From positions 74,710,001-74,774,000 of the forward strand of contig NC_045699.1 in assembly GCF_009834535.1 (NCBI RefSeq): a stretch of DNA of 64,000 nucleotides. Reading direction: 5' to 3'. Each line of letters begins with the position of its first letter. The stretch's first letter is position 1. The notes under the pieces were generated by a model. It had not been told where the DNA came from. It made no database searches and saw only the letters and a program-made list of their open reading frames with translations. The DNA comes from Camelus ferus. Lineage: Eukaryota. Made by a program: the position numbers and the translations under genes. Shown in pieces: positions 31,036-43,876 of the stretch.

Positions 31036-34000
31036 GTGAGTCTGGACGCTGGGGTCGGGTCGGGTCCGGTCGGGTCGGATCGCGAGTCGCGGTCGCTGGT
31101 CAGGGTAGAGGGGTGGGGGCGGCGGGGCGCGCGGCGCCGGGATGCAGGGCGAGGGCACGGCCGCCGCCGTCGCCGCCGCCCGCGGGCCCGAGGGGATTTC
31201 TCGGAGCCGGAAACTGAAAGTCGGAGCGGGGCCGGCGCCGGAAAGTTCGCGAACGGCCGGGGCGTCCACGGCGTCCCGGGCCGGGGTCCGCGCGGTCCCC
31301 GCCCGCCGCCCGCTGCCCGCGCGGAGCTTCGGCTGCAGTCCGCGGCCCCCACGCCTTCCTGCCGCGGGGGGCCTCCCCACCCGCTCGGGGTTGGACGGGC
31401 TCCCGGGCGGCCTGCCCTCGGGCTCGCCGGTTGTCCCTCTGCGCCCGGGGACTCGCCCGCGCCCACCCTGCAGTTCCCGGCCGCGGCCCCGAGCCGGTGG
31501 GGTGGACGTCGGGGGGCCTGTCCGGCCTCTTTCGCGCGGGGGAGCCTGCGAGCGGGGCTGGGGCCGCCGCCCTTTATGTCCGTGGGAGCTGGGTGCCTGT
31601 TCGATGCTGGACAGGAGCCCCGAGGTGGATGCGGAGGGGAAGATGAGGACACTGGTCGGAGCACCCGTGCCTCCGGGATCCGGAGAGTTGGCAGCTGCCC
31701 GGAGGGATGGAGCCGGGAATGGGGCAACTCAGAAGGCTACTCTGCGGTCGGGGGGCCAGAGGCTCTCTGGAGGCACGGCGACTCATGATGGGCCGGGACA
31801 GCGGAGACCCGGGACAGCTGCGCTTGTGACAGCAGACGCTGCCCCCGGCCTCGAGTCCAGCAGAGCAGGGGGGCGTGCCAGGCCTGACTCCCAGCCCACA
31901 GCAGAGGCGCGCAGGCCACGCCTGGCCCTGCGTGACTCAGGGGCCACATGTCATCGGCCAGGACTGCAATGTTTAAGGACTCACAGTTCCTGGCTTTAGG
32001 TGGAGGTCCCAGCCAATCCGAAATTGCTGCTTGAGTCTTGGTTTTTTTTCCTTCAACAGTTTTATTGCAGTCTAATGTACATACCGCAAAGTTCACTTTT
32101 GTTTGAATTTCAAACAAAAAAAAATTGTAAGAATCGCTTTTTTGAAATCTTTTCTAAGGAGCAGAAGCTCCCTGAGCACTCAGCAGCAGTGTCGTCACAC
32201 AATTGAGCAGCCGCCCCCTCTGCCTCCAGCCCTCAGCCTGCCCCCCCCACCTCCGTCCCCTCCCCTCCGTCTCTGCCTCCTGCATAGCCCAGTCCGCTGA
32301 GGCTGCGGCTCCCAGAGGCAGGAGCTGGGAGCTGGGCCTCTGTGCCCTCTGGCCCTTTTGCCTGAAAGAGCCCTGCAAGCGCCTCCTAAAACACCGGGGT
32401 TGCGCGCGCCACATGCCCTTCCAGGGTCGCCCTGTGGCCTAGGTCTCTGCCACCTGAGGCTGCGTTGTGCCGTGTGGCCCTGGTGCATGGGCTGCATGGG
32501 GAGTCGTGCAACCTCGGTCTCCCCAGCTCCACACGTGACCAATGGCAGGGGCCTGGAAACATCTGTGCGGAGCGGCAGGTAGAGTGAAGGTCACGTGTGT
32601 GCCTCACTGGATCGCCCGCTCTGGGGAGACAGACAGGAATGTCGTTCCTCTGGGACCTGAAGGAACAGGTTGTTGCAGCAGTGGTTGTAACCTGCGGACC
32701 AGAGCACGGTCCAGGAAGAAAAGGCCTCTTGACTTTGCTTTGAGAGTCAGGTTTGGGCCCCTTCCTGGCAGTGGAAAATGCGAGCCCCCACCCCACCAGC
32801 ATGGTCAGTGCCCCAGCAGGGACTGATCGCAGCAGCCTGACAGGTGGGTTTCCTGGCGGGATGGTGAGCGCACACGAGCAGGGGAGGAAGGTCCAGAGGA
32901 GAAAACCCGGAAAAATGACCCACGGGTCCCACGGGCCATGCCAAGAATGGGGTGCATGCTTTGTGTCTGTCCTGTGCTTGAGCCTGTCCTCCCCAAACAC
33001 CTGCGCTGTGTGTCCACAGGGAGGGCATGTCACTGTACCACCGAGGGGCTGAGCCTTGGGGGTAGGGGCAGAGGCACGTTCAGGAGAAGCTGCCCCCTGG
33101 GTCTGGGCTGAGATGTGCCAGCTCTGAGCAGGGTTAGTAGAGTGGAGACCAAGCCCCTTCAGGTCCCCGCAGGTGTTGGAGATGGCATTTGGGGCAGGTG
33201 TTGTGGACTTCTGTGATTTGGGGAGGCGAATACGCAGCAGGGGTTGGGGGATGAGGCGGAGGGATGGGGTGCCTCAGGTGTGGGCTCCATGTCTGGGGCG
33301 CCCTGCTTGGAGTGGGGCGGGGCAGAAGGGCCAGACAGATGGTGTGGGAGTCAGTGGACGGTGGGAGCCCAGGGAGCAGAGGGCACTCCCGCAGCCCTGC
33401 CCAGGCCTGGGCCCCTCCTCCCCGCCCTCCCACTCCTGCCTCCAGGCCTGCAGTGCCCGGTACCAAGGAGAGCGGGGTTGGGGGTGCCCTCACAGGAGGA
33501 GGGCTGGCATGGCTCCGTCTTAGCAAGGGCTGTCTCAGGAGGCCTTGCCCAGCGCGGAGACCCCAGGTGGAGCTGGGGATGGCAGAGCAGCCTGGAAGCC
33601 TTGAGGCCTGAGGGAGGAACCTGGGTCCTGGTCACGTATTGAGGGGCCTCAGCAGACCCCTGTGGTGAGCCAGCTCACGGTGGCAGTGACCAGGGCCCGA
33701 CAGGGCATCAAGCTGCAGATGCTTGTGGAGGGCAGAGCCGATGGGCTTCCTGACTGGGTCGTGGTGGGCACGAGGCGAGGTGGAGGCCTCGCGCTCGCTT
33801 ACCTTCTCCCTGTTGCTAGCCCAGCTTTTAATGAGAGAAGCTGAATACGCTGACAGCTTCCGGAACCAGGCACCAGGCGCTGGCACTGTCAGAAAGGGGA
33901 CGGCCAGGCGGGAACAGGTGCTGGCATTACTGGGTAGCAGACCGCGTGCTGCCCCGTGTTGTCGCACCGGCCTTACCTGAGCTCCAGACGGCGCGGGCCA

Positions 34001-34644
34001 AAGCAGGAGTTCGGTGCCCAAGTGGGCCTCCAGGCCTCGGGGCCCACGCACGGCCGGGCGGCACGCGGGGGTTGTGACAGTGCTACCTCCCCTTCTGAGG
34101 ATTAGTCGCCGATGCCCACGCACCAGGTTAAGAACGCTGGTGCCCCGCTGCCCGGTGGCCTCTGGCTCAGTCTTGGTCTCGATGATTTCCTGCAGGGACG
34201 GCCCTTCCCCCAGGTCCTCCGGCCCTGCACCCAGGTGGGGTCTCGGCTTGTGAAGGGGGCCTGCAGCCAAGGAAACGGCAGAGTGGCAGTGGGGTGCTGG
34301 GCACCCCCACTCTCCTGGGGGGCGGAGGCGGGAGCTAGCTCCAGCCCCCCCTGGGGCAGGTCTTCTGTGTGAAAACCTGTGTTTGAAGTTGCCCTGCCGT
34401 TGTTAACGCTATGAGGCAGGGTTACTCTGGATAAACATGTACCGTTTGCCATACGTAGGGATTTCACCATCTTTTTTGACTCTCCAGGAATAGAAAGTCC
34501 ATCTTTTTCTTGTTGAAATGAGGTGTATGTGCAGCAGGGCGTGCACATCCTGAGCGTGTGGCCGGTGCCCTCCTGTCTCCGCACACGGTCATCCCAGCAC
34601 CCTGGAAGGTCCCTCACCAACTTTGACCCTTCTCAGTGGAAAAC

Positions 34645-35380
34645 TCCTGTTTGTCTACTCACGTTTCTGACTCCAAATGTCTTTTCACACCAAGCAGTTC
34701 TCCATTTCTTGGTGGACACCAACTGGGTGTCCTCCAGTTTAATTCAGTTCTGGTACTGGCCACCGGAGTTAGCACAGACCCCTCATGTGGAGGACTTGGT
34801 CCCACAAGACTGCCCTACCCACCTGAGGTGCCAAAGGCAGGACCTCCCATACTTCTGACCAACTGGCCACAAGTTGAGGGCTTCCGTGACCCCTCCTGTG
34901 GTTCAGTAATTTGCTGGAAGGGTTCACAGAACTTAAAGGAGTCCTGAGTAACAGCCAGATGAAGAGACACAGGGGCAGGTGTGGGGAAGGGCGCAGCCTC
35001 CATGGCCCTCCAGCCCCCACCCTCCCAGCACCTCAGCGTGGTCATCCCAGGCGCTGCTGTGCAGGCCCCATCGTTTAGGGGCTTGTGGGGGCCCCACCAT
35101 GAAGGCACAACTGATTAAATCACCAGCGATGAAGTCGCTCTGTCTCTCCTCCCCACTGGAGATAGGGGTGGCGGTGAGAGGGGCTCCTGGTCCCCACCCC
35201 TCGGGAAGTCCCGGAGCTCAGGTGCTCGGTGTCGGGAGCCAGGAAGAAGACCACGTGTGTCCCGTGTCACACGCCACACCCCGAGCAGCTGCTGCCCCGG
35301 CTTCCGCTGTCTTAGACTCACTTTGCCTGTCCCCATACCTCACATATCAGACTGACTGGGCCAATCATCGTTCGTATTTA
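34645..35380 (-). mobile_element. MER21-like LTR in TRAF2 intron 1
   Basis: ACACCAAGCAGTTCTCC...GGACACCAACTGGGTGTCCT...CCCACAAGACTGCCC...ACTTCTGACCAACTGGC...CTGATTAAATC match MER21-family phrases. 3' boundary approximate. Confidence 0.7.
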
Positions 35381-37159
35381 GTAGAAATGCCATTTTGACA
35401 AAGTGTGAGCTGTATAAAGTTAGTGCGTTCGCATCTGGAGCCCGTTGGGGAGTGAGTCAGGTGTGAGGTCGGGGCCGGGCCGTGGGAGCACTTGTTCACG
35501 CACCCAGGCGGGTCTCTGTGAGTGGCTGGAGTCCGTATTTTTTACCATCTCAGCTGAGGGTCAGAATTTAGAAAATAAACTGAAGCTTGGAAGGGCCAGT
35601 AGGGGGTTTTAGTTCCAGACTGGAGGCTCGGAGCATCTGACCCTCCCCGTCTGTTCCCCTGAGCATGAAGGACAGCCACAGCCCTGTGTCATCTCGGGGG
35701 TGGACGTGTGTGGGCCCCATGGAGGTTCAGAGAGGACCAGAGGCTCACTGTGTCTTCCGCAATTTCGGTGGGCAGCAACGCTTTTGAGCCTCTGTGATGT
35801 TTTTCATCACAATTGTTAGGGCTGAAGTGTTTTTATGAGTGTGACTTGAATAAAACGTTCAAGGATTGAAACACTGAGACCTCCCAGGGTATGGCAGGGG
35901 CACCGGCGGGCTCTCAGCATCTGACCGCCCTCCAGCCCCGCCACAGAGCCCCGCTGTGTGTGTGGGGGAGCCTTTCCGCTTTTCATCGCTCCAGAAGGAG
36001 ATCACTTTTGTGGTTCTTTTATGTCCAACAGGAGTAAATTTCAATGGATTAATAAAATGGGCTCAGTGTGCGGCAGAAGCTGTGGTCCATCAGCCAAAAA
36101 GTGCTTCTCCCAGGTCAGCCCCCTTCAGGCGGGAAGTCGGGGTGGGACAAGAACGTCTCCCCACACATCTGCTGGGAACTGTTTTTGAAACTGCCTGACA
36201 AGTGTCCCCCTGATCCTCGCACCGTGTGAGGTTCATTTTTTATTTTGCCTTCTAGCCCTGCCCGTGTAAACAGGGCTGCAGTCAGAATGCTTTGCGCTTT
36301 GTTTTCATTGTATTTAACATTTTATAACAGTTTCCACTTAAAGGAGGTGGCTTTTTTTTTAAGCTAGTGGTACGTAAATAAAAACCTCCCTCTCGTGTAG
36401 TTCAGAACCGTGGTTTTTAAACCACTTCATGGTTCATGAAGCCAACTTAGGATGATCAGAACAAAAGATGACAGGAACGTGGGTGGCCCTCACGCAGGCG
36501 GGAGTGCCTGCAGGGACCGGAGTTCCCAGGCACAGCCCGGCCGGGAGCTCGCACTGGCCGGCACACTGAGCGCGTCGCTGAGCTCTCAGGACTTTCTGTT
36601 CACACCTCCACCGAAAGGTCTTAATGTTGGCACCTTGTAGTGCTCACGCTCACACGTCCTGCGGGCTTGCAGGGATGGAGTCCCGAGTTGTCCAAGGGGT
36701 GGATGCATCCCAGGGACCACGTGCACGCACGTGTGAGGAGAGTGCGGGAGAGCAGACAGGTGTGCCCGCCGCGGGCAACCTGGGCACATGGCCCCTCTGT
36801 GGGGCGGCTGGACGCAAGGCTGTGGGTTGTGCAAACGCCCTGCACGTTGTGGATGCCCTCAGAGTCAGGCCTCGTACGTGGCAGACCCCACAGCTGTCAA
36901 AGCAGCCGGGCTCTGGTGCGCCGTCTGCGCTGTCCCGGGGTCAGGGCCGTTTGGGACAGTACACACGGCCTCCTGCGTGTCGTCGCTGCCCAGGCAGACA
37001 GACCCCTGTCCCCTTCATTCCTTCCTGGCTTGAGCGTGCACAGATCCCTGAGCAGACGTGTGGGGTGTCCCGGGGTGCCCTCCAGAGTGTCTCTGAGGTG
37101 ACTGTTTTGCATTGGGGGCTGCTAGGCGCTCGTCCTTTTTCCAGGGTCAGTGGGTACAG

Positions 37160-37290
37160 TTTCTTTAACTTTTTTGGGGGGAGGGTCAGGCTTATTTGTC
37201 TTTCCAGTGTATCTTTAATGGAGGTGCTGGGGGTAGAACCCAGGACCTTGTGCGTGCTAAGCACGCGCTCTACTGCTGAGCTTTACCCAT
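37160..37290 (-). mobile_element. tRNA-derived SINE, camelid-type
   Basis: TTTAATGGAGGTGCTGGGGGTAGAACCCAGGACCTTGTGCGTGCTAAGCACGCGCTCTACTGCTGAGC; homologous to 25170-25312. Confidence 0.75.
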
Positions 37291-37921
37291 CTTTCGCTTT
37301 TCAAGATTGTGGGTGAAGAACAAGTCTCTGAACCCGCTCCCCCCACTCCCCAGCCCAGTTACCTTGCCTTGGGGCCTTTTCAGGGCCTGGTGGATGGCAG
37401 AGGGTGGCTCTGAAGTGAGAGTGACACTGGCTGCGGGGATGGGTGAGGAGCAGTGGCAGGAAGCAGGCTGTGCCCCTGATCTCAGGGCTGCCAGGTGGGA
37501 AAGGGAAGGTCCTGCCAGGCCAGTGTGTTGCTCACTGAGTGGCCTCTGGGACAGACAGGTGCAGGGATCCCGGACTGTGACCGCAGTCAGGGGCAGGCTC
37601 ATGCCGAGTCTGCGGGTCATGGCAGGCTGGCTGGGGCACAGAGGCCCGGGCTGGACGGCCTTGAGCGCAGCCCGCCGGTCCCAGGGCTGCGGTAGGCGTG
37701 TGGGTGCCTGCTTCGCAACGCAGGCAGGCCGCCCCGGCTGCGCCTTGCTTCCTGGACTTGTAGCGGGAGGTTGGACTAGCTCTGCAGAGCGTCGGCCTGA
37801 TGGCCCAGACCCCCATCCAGGCAGGGTTCCCGGAGGGCTCTCTGGAGCCAGCACCCACGGGCCCTGCGGTGACACGCTGTCCTCTCCCATAGGGCTTGGC
37901 GGTTCGCGGGCCGCGGCGCTC

Positions 37922-40900
37922 ATGGCTGCAGCCAGCGTGACCCCTCCCGGCTCCCTCGACCTGCTGCAGCCTGGCTTCTCAAAGGCCCTCCTGGGGACCA
38001 GGCTGGAGGACAAGTACCTGTGCTCGGCCTGCAAGAACGTCCTGCGCAGGCCCTTCCAGGCGCAGTGCGGCCACCGCTACTGCTCCTGCTGCCTGACCAG
38101 CATCCTGAGGTAGGCGGCGCTGCGGGTGGGCAGATGGGGGCCATGTGGGCGGCCTGCTCCGGGGGTGGGGCGTGATGAGGCATCTTGTGAAAGTCAGTTT
38201 CCCTGCTCCTTGTTTTGTTTTTAATTAAAAAAATTTTTTGTTGGAGGGAGGTAATTAGGTTTATTTACTTATTCTTAGAGGAGGCACTGGGGATTGAACC
38301 CAGGACCTTATGCATGCGAAGCACCTGCTCTGCCACTTGAGCTGTACCCTCCCCCCTCCTCATTTTTAACATGGGAATGGACAGTGTGAGGTGCCCTGTG
38401 ACTCCTGCTCCCATTGTGCTAGCCGTGTGAGTCCCCAAGTCCCCCAGAGGGCCCGCCTGGCGAGTGGCCGCCGAAGGGCTGGGAGGTGGGCCCTGGCCCG
38501 GTCCTGGGCCTCCGCCTCCGCGGGGCACCCAGACAGAGGGAGAGCTCCGCGCTCACTGTCTGCCGGTGGCCAATGAGCCCCGATCCGTAGAGGGCTCGCG
38601 CCGGGCCTCACAGCGGGACCGCCCCCCCCCCAGCTCCGGGCCCCAGAACTGCGCTGCCTGCGTGCACGAGGGCATATACGAGGACGGCGTCTCTATCCTG
38701 GAGAGCAGCTCGGTGAGTGCGCTGGCGGCGGTGGGCTGGGCAGAGCGCTCGCCTTTCCCTGAGTAGTGCTAACGGCAGAGCGAAGTGGCTGGGGCGACTG
38801 TGGGCTCCGGAAGGTCGCGTGGAGAGGCAACCCAGTCCAGCCCGAAGGCTGGTGGGGTGGGGTGAAGGGTGGGCGACGGGGGACAGGGAGGAGGCTGACC
38901 TGCAGGGACGCTCTCCCCCAGGCCTTCCCAGACAATGCCGCCCGCAGGGAGGTGGAGAGCCTGCCGGCCGTCTGTCCCAGCGACGGCTGCACCTGGAAGG
39001 GGACCCTGAAAGAATACGAGGTAGGGGCCGCCCTGCGCCCACTGGCCTCCTGGGGCTGCCCCCTCCCCCAGAGCCATCTGATGTCGTGGAAGAGGGTGCA
39101 GGTCCCCTTAGACCCTGGAGCCGACCCCGTGGGGCTGGGCGGTGTGGCCTGGGGCGCAGTACTCCCCACTCCAAGTCGCTTCGTGGCGTCGGGGCAGGGA
39201 GGGCAGCGTGGGCCGGGCCCTGGCGTGGGCCCTGAGATCGCCGTTTGCCTTCGGGAAACTAGCTTTCTCGCTGGTAGGATTTTGTGTGGTCTTCAGACGA
39301 GGGCTTTCCTCTCTTGGATGGTGTTGACGCTGGAAGGTGCAGAAGTGACCTGCACACCATCCTGCGGTCACAGGAAGGTGCCCCTGGCCAGCGACGGGCA
39401 GTGGCTGCTGTGCGTTCTCATGGGACTTGTCCCCCTGCCAGGTGAGGCTGCCTGGCCCCTGTGTCAGCACCCGGGCACTTCTGCGTGATTGGCTTCCGGC
39501 GGCTGGACCGTGGGCATGGAGGCCGCGAGATGCCAGAGCCTGCTTGGGAGGCTGGCCGCTGGCTCTTCTGATGAACAAGTGCCTTTTAAAAGTGACATCC
39601 CCAAGGTGCTTGTGCACAAGTGTCCCCAGCAGCACTGTTCCCAGTAGCCGAGTGCCCACCAGCTGGGGACAGGATGAACGAGACGTGGGCTGATCACTCT
39701 GTGGAACCGTATTCAGTCTTGAAAAGGAAGGAGCTCACAGGCTGCAGTGAGGACGGACCTGGAGGACGTCATGCTGAGTGAAGGGGGCCTGACACAGAAG
39801 GACCGGTCTTGTGGGGTCCACCCCTGTGAGGGTCGTAGAGGAGTCAAACCCATGGAGACAGGAAGTGGAGTGGGGCCCTTACAGTGGGGAGGCTTCCTTG
39901 CCGTCCAGTGCAGCCCCGGTTGGCAAGGCTGGCAGGGCTGTTTGTGTGGGACCCCAGCTCTCCTGCGCCCAGAGCTGTCGCAGTCACGGAGAAGGCTCCC
40001 TGCCATGGGGTGGGCACTGGCCTGTGACTGAGTCCTGACCCCGGGGGAGGGCCTGTGGGTCTGCAGTTGGGGTCCTGGTTCCTGGCAGGTGTCTCCCTTT
40101 GCGCTCCCAGCGCATGCACTGAGTGTCCCTTGTTCCCTTGACCACCTCGACTCTCAGCTGCATTTTGGCTGGAGAACCTGAGGCTGTGTCTGGGAGGAGC
40201 CTCTGTGGGCTGGATGGGAACCTGTGCTTTCCTCTGATAGGCGCTGGGGCCTGGAAGCGGAGCAGTTCTGGGCTCCCACGCCTTTTCCATTCCCTTCCTG
40301 GGAGCGGGGCGTCTGAGTCCGTGGACAGAGGCCTTGATGGCCCAGGGGCCACTGTACTGCCCAGGGGCAGGCAGGTGACGTTGAACGGAGGGCGGACCCG
40401 GGGTAGGGTCTTTCATGGGAGGGTAGGGAGCCCCTCAGGCTGTCAAGGGGACTGAAAGACCCCTGGGGATGGGTGGGGTGACCCCCCCCCCGATTCCTCC
40501 AGCATTCCTGCCGCCTCCAGGCTGGTGGTGCAAGTGGTGGCTCTGTGGTTCTTGGGGGGGGGGTGCAGGCACGCGGGCTGGAAAGTCCCTGGCTGCGCCT
40601 GAGCTCAGGAAAGTCCCTGGGAGGGCGCTCTGGTCACGTGGGGGCGGCACTGCTCCGGCTGCCGCAGCCCCTGATGTGTTGATAAACCTCTCCCGGCTGT
40701 AAAGGTCACCGGCTGGGGTGAGAGTGGCCACCTTGCCATGACGGTGGCCCCACTCTCAGCTCTGAGCTGGCACGTTCATCCTTTGGGTTGCTCATAACGG
40801 GCGGTGCTGGGAAAGGCTGGTGCTGGGGCCGAGCTGTTGAAAGTGTGGAAAGATGGGGAAAATCCTGCTTAGTCTTTGAATAAGTTTTTCCTCTGCAGTG

Positions 40901-43836
40901 ATGTCTAGTGTTTCTAAGAACTCGGTGATTAAAAACTCCAGTTCAGTTAAAGGTTGTTTGTGGAGAACCTGCCCGGTCGTCATAGCAGCCCCAGGGCTGC
41001 TCTTCTGGGAGAGAGGAGCCAGGCTGCAGTGGAAGGAGCAGCAGGGGGACAGGGCCTCTCTTCCGGGCTTCAGGGCTTCAGGGGTGGTGGCCTGGCTGGC
41101 CGGGAGGGATGGAGGAAGGGAGGGCCAGGTTACGGGGAATCGCAGCTGCAGGATGAGCAGAGTCGGGTGCTGGGTCCCCCACACGTCCCAGGGAACCAGA
41201 GTTAAAATGCTTAGACATTTAGTTTGAACTCTGGTTGAATAAACACTGATGTCTCTGCTCTGAGCGACCTGGCGGGAGTGGGAGCTGAGGGGCTCATCCT
41301 GCCCCGTGTCCAAACCCGGGGCAACCGGAGCGTTCTGGGTGTCAGATGCGCAGTGGGTGAACGTGAGCGGTGCGGGCCGGGTGGTTGGGGTGGCCCACGC
41401 GCCTCACTTTCCAGTCTTTGTTCAGCTGCCCGCCGCTCACCCGCCAGCGCCTTCGTATGCTTTAATCAGGTCCCGGTAGCCAAGTATCGTTTTTGCTCCA
41501 CAAGCCATGGCCATTTTTGAGACTCCTCTCTGGTTCGCATTGGTATCTGTTACGTACTTAGTGTGGCCAGGCCAGAGCCCTGTCTGCTGGGAGATTGTGG
41601 GTGCCCTGGGGCTCCAGGGAGGCTGTGCTCAGGCTGAGTGTTGGTGGGGTCCCAGGGGCCAGGCCACAAACAGACCTTCGTCTCCTGTTCCTCCCTCTCC
41701 GCCGCGCCCTCTGTTTCCGGAGGGTTGTAGAGCTTTGGTCCCCTCGCTCCCCGGCCCTTGGCTCCCACGTATCCAGGCCCCACCCTTTCTCACCTCCTAG
41801 CCCGCCACCTCCCACCTTCCCCGCTCATGCGCTGGCCGCTCAGGGCCGCAGAAGCAGCGCATTGCCAGCTCTGGGCAGTGAAGCAGCAGCCACGGATGTG
41901 GCTGCATTCGGATCTAGGTCTGTATCCCTGACTCGCAAGCTGAGCCTCCCAAGCTGAGCATCAGCCCGTGGCTGGGAGGAGTCAACACCCTCGCGCTCCT
42001 CCCTCCCAGGCCTTGCCCGACCGTCCCAGAGAGCCCCAGGCTTGGGACCCTGCCTCCTGAGGTGTGCCCTGCCCGCCTCAGCTCCAGGAGGGCTGGGTTC
42101 CCCCTGGCTCAGCACTCTCAACCTGGCGTGGGGACCCGGGGCTCCTTAGCTTCCTTCTGCTTCTCACTGCGGCCCCCACGGTGTCACTCCTCTGCCCTCT
42201 GTCCACTTAGAACCTGCTCCCTCTGCTCTCGCCTCTGCAGCTCGTCCCCACCCTCTGGTGGCCCCTTCACTGTCCCCTGTGTCCTGTGGGTGGGGTGCAC
42301 CCAAGTGGATGTGGCCCTGATCCCTGACCCAGAGCGGGGGTACTGGAGTGGGGGCGGCACGTGGCTGACCGGGGACCCGCAGTCCAGCACCGAGGACGAA
42401 CCTGGGGCCTCGCAGGCGCAGCGGTGGCCTGAGTCCTGCGTGCGCTCTGTCAATGCCTTGCTCCTTTTGTTGCCAGAGCTGCCATGAGGGCCACTGCCCA
42501 TTCATGCTGACCGAGTGCCCAGCGTGCAAGGGCCTGGTCCGCCTCGGCGAGAAGGAGCAGCACCTGGAGCACGAGTGTCCAGAGAGGAGCCTCACCTGCA
42601 GGCACTGCAGGGCGCCCTGCTGCTCGGCTGACGTGAGGGTGAGGGCCAGGGGCCTCGGCCTGCCCCCGGGGGAGCTGGGTCGGGCCGAGGGCAGGGCCAG
42701 CCGCTCTCCGAGGCTGTCGGTGTTGGAGGAGCTCTCGCGCAGTGGGTGGCAGCACAAGGCCATGCCACCCACATCACCCTTTCTCGCTCATGCCGCCTTC
42801 GCCACGTGCCTGGCTGCCTCGGGCCTCCCTCGGCTCACACAGAACCAGCCCCAGACGCGAGGCTTCATCCGAAAACTCTTCAGAGTGTGTTTCTCAGGCG
42901 TTGTGGGTGGGGTGTACATCCGTGGAGCTGTCACATGTTACTGTCGCGCCTGGAATTTCACGTGCTTCCTGAGGTGGCGGGCTCACATGGTGCCCACGTT
43001 TTTGGCATCTGTCCGTTGACTTGGTGCATCAGGACCCAGACACCCACTGCTCCCCCACTGTCTGCAGATCTCCATCTTCAGTGGTTCCCCGTGGGTGTCT
43101 TTTTTTCCTTTTCTTTTATCTGTTGAAGAAGCTGGGTCATTCTGCACTTGGCCAGTTGGGTCCCGAGGTGTCTTTTACACCCGTGAAGCATCAGATCTGG
43201 TGAGAGCTGGGCCCAGCCCATCAGGGAGCCCGCCCTGTGCACCTCATGAGGCCCCTCCTGGAGACCTTGGCTGCTCAGGTGCCCCCACCACTGACACTGT
43301 GCCTCCTGAGGTTCCTTCCTCAGGCCGGGCTGGCGCTCCCCGTCTGCCTGGCTCCACTGTGCGAGAGTGGAGCGGCAAGGTCCCAGGGCCCTGCCAGATG
43401 AGGGGATGCCCTCAACCTGCAGCCCCCCGGTGCCAAGCCGTCTCAGAGCACCGGGGATGGGTGCTGGCCCTCGCGTCACACGGCCTGCTCGGGCTCCGAC
43501 ACACCCACGCGTCTCTTGCAGGCTCACCACCAGGTCTGCCCCAAGTTCCCCTTGACCTGCGATGGCTGCGGCAAGAAGAAGATCTCGCGTGAGAGAGTGA
43601 GTGGCCCCTGCAGACCCATGGGCACCTACAGGATGGCCCACGGCTCCAGCAGTTTGGGGGGAGGTGTCATAGGCGTCACCCGTGGGTGAAAGAAGGGGCC
43701 GAGCTGGGGAGAGGGGGTGGTGGCAGGGTTCCCCTCGCCTCTTCCTGCCCCCACCCCCTCGCCTGGCACCGCCTCCCTCCTGAAATGCTTGGCCTCGGGA
43801 GCTGGAGTCTGGGCCCTGCCAAGTTTGTACGCGCGC

Positions 43837-43876
<40 letters not shown>

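Larger units (their letters stand above)
30480..31950. promoter_or_regulatory. TRAF2 CpG-island promoter
   Basis: Very CpG-dense; several GGGGCGGG and CCGGAA motifs; spans non-coding exon 1. Confidence 0.85.

Noticed and set aside
31210-31280. Region resembling the human MIR4479 hairpin as I recall it
   Set aside because: Only the 5' part (GGAAAGTTCG.GAACG) is similar and the mature 3' arm is not, so the similarity more likely reflects promoter motifs. Comparison is from memory.
30847-31999. Several 280-310 aa ORFs on both strands
   Set aside because: Arg/Gly/Pro/Ala-rich, stop-poor frames of the TRAF2 CpG island with no domain signature.
35794-35877. Possible intronic C/D snoRNA (GTGATGT...CTGA...CTGA, 84 nt)
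   Set aside because: Box C is mismatched and locked in a GTGATG-TTTTT-CATCAC hairpin, there is no terminal stem, and I recognised no rRNA guide.
38110-38135. Mouse-type TRAF2A extension (7-aa RING insert from a downstream donor)
   Set aside because: Read-through gives CTG AGG TAG, an immediate in-frame stop.
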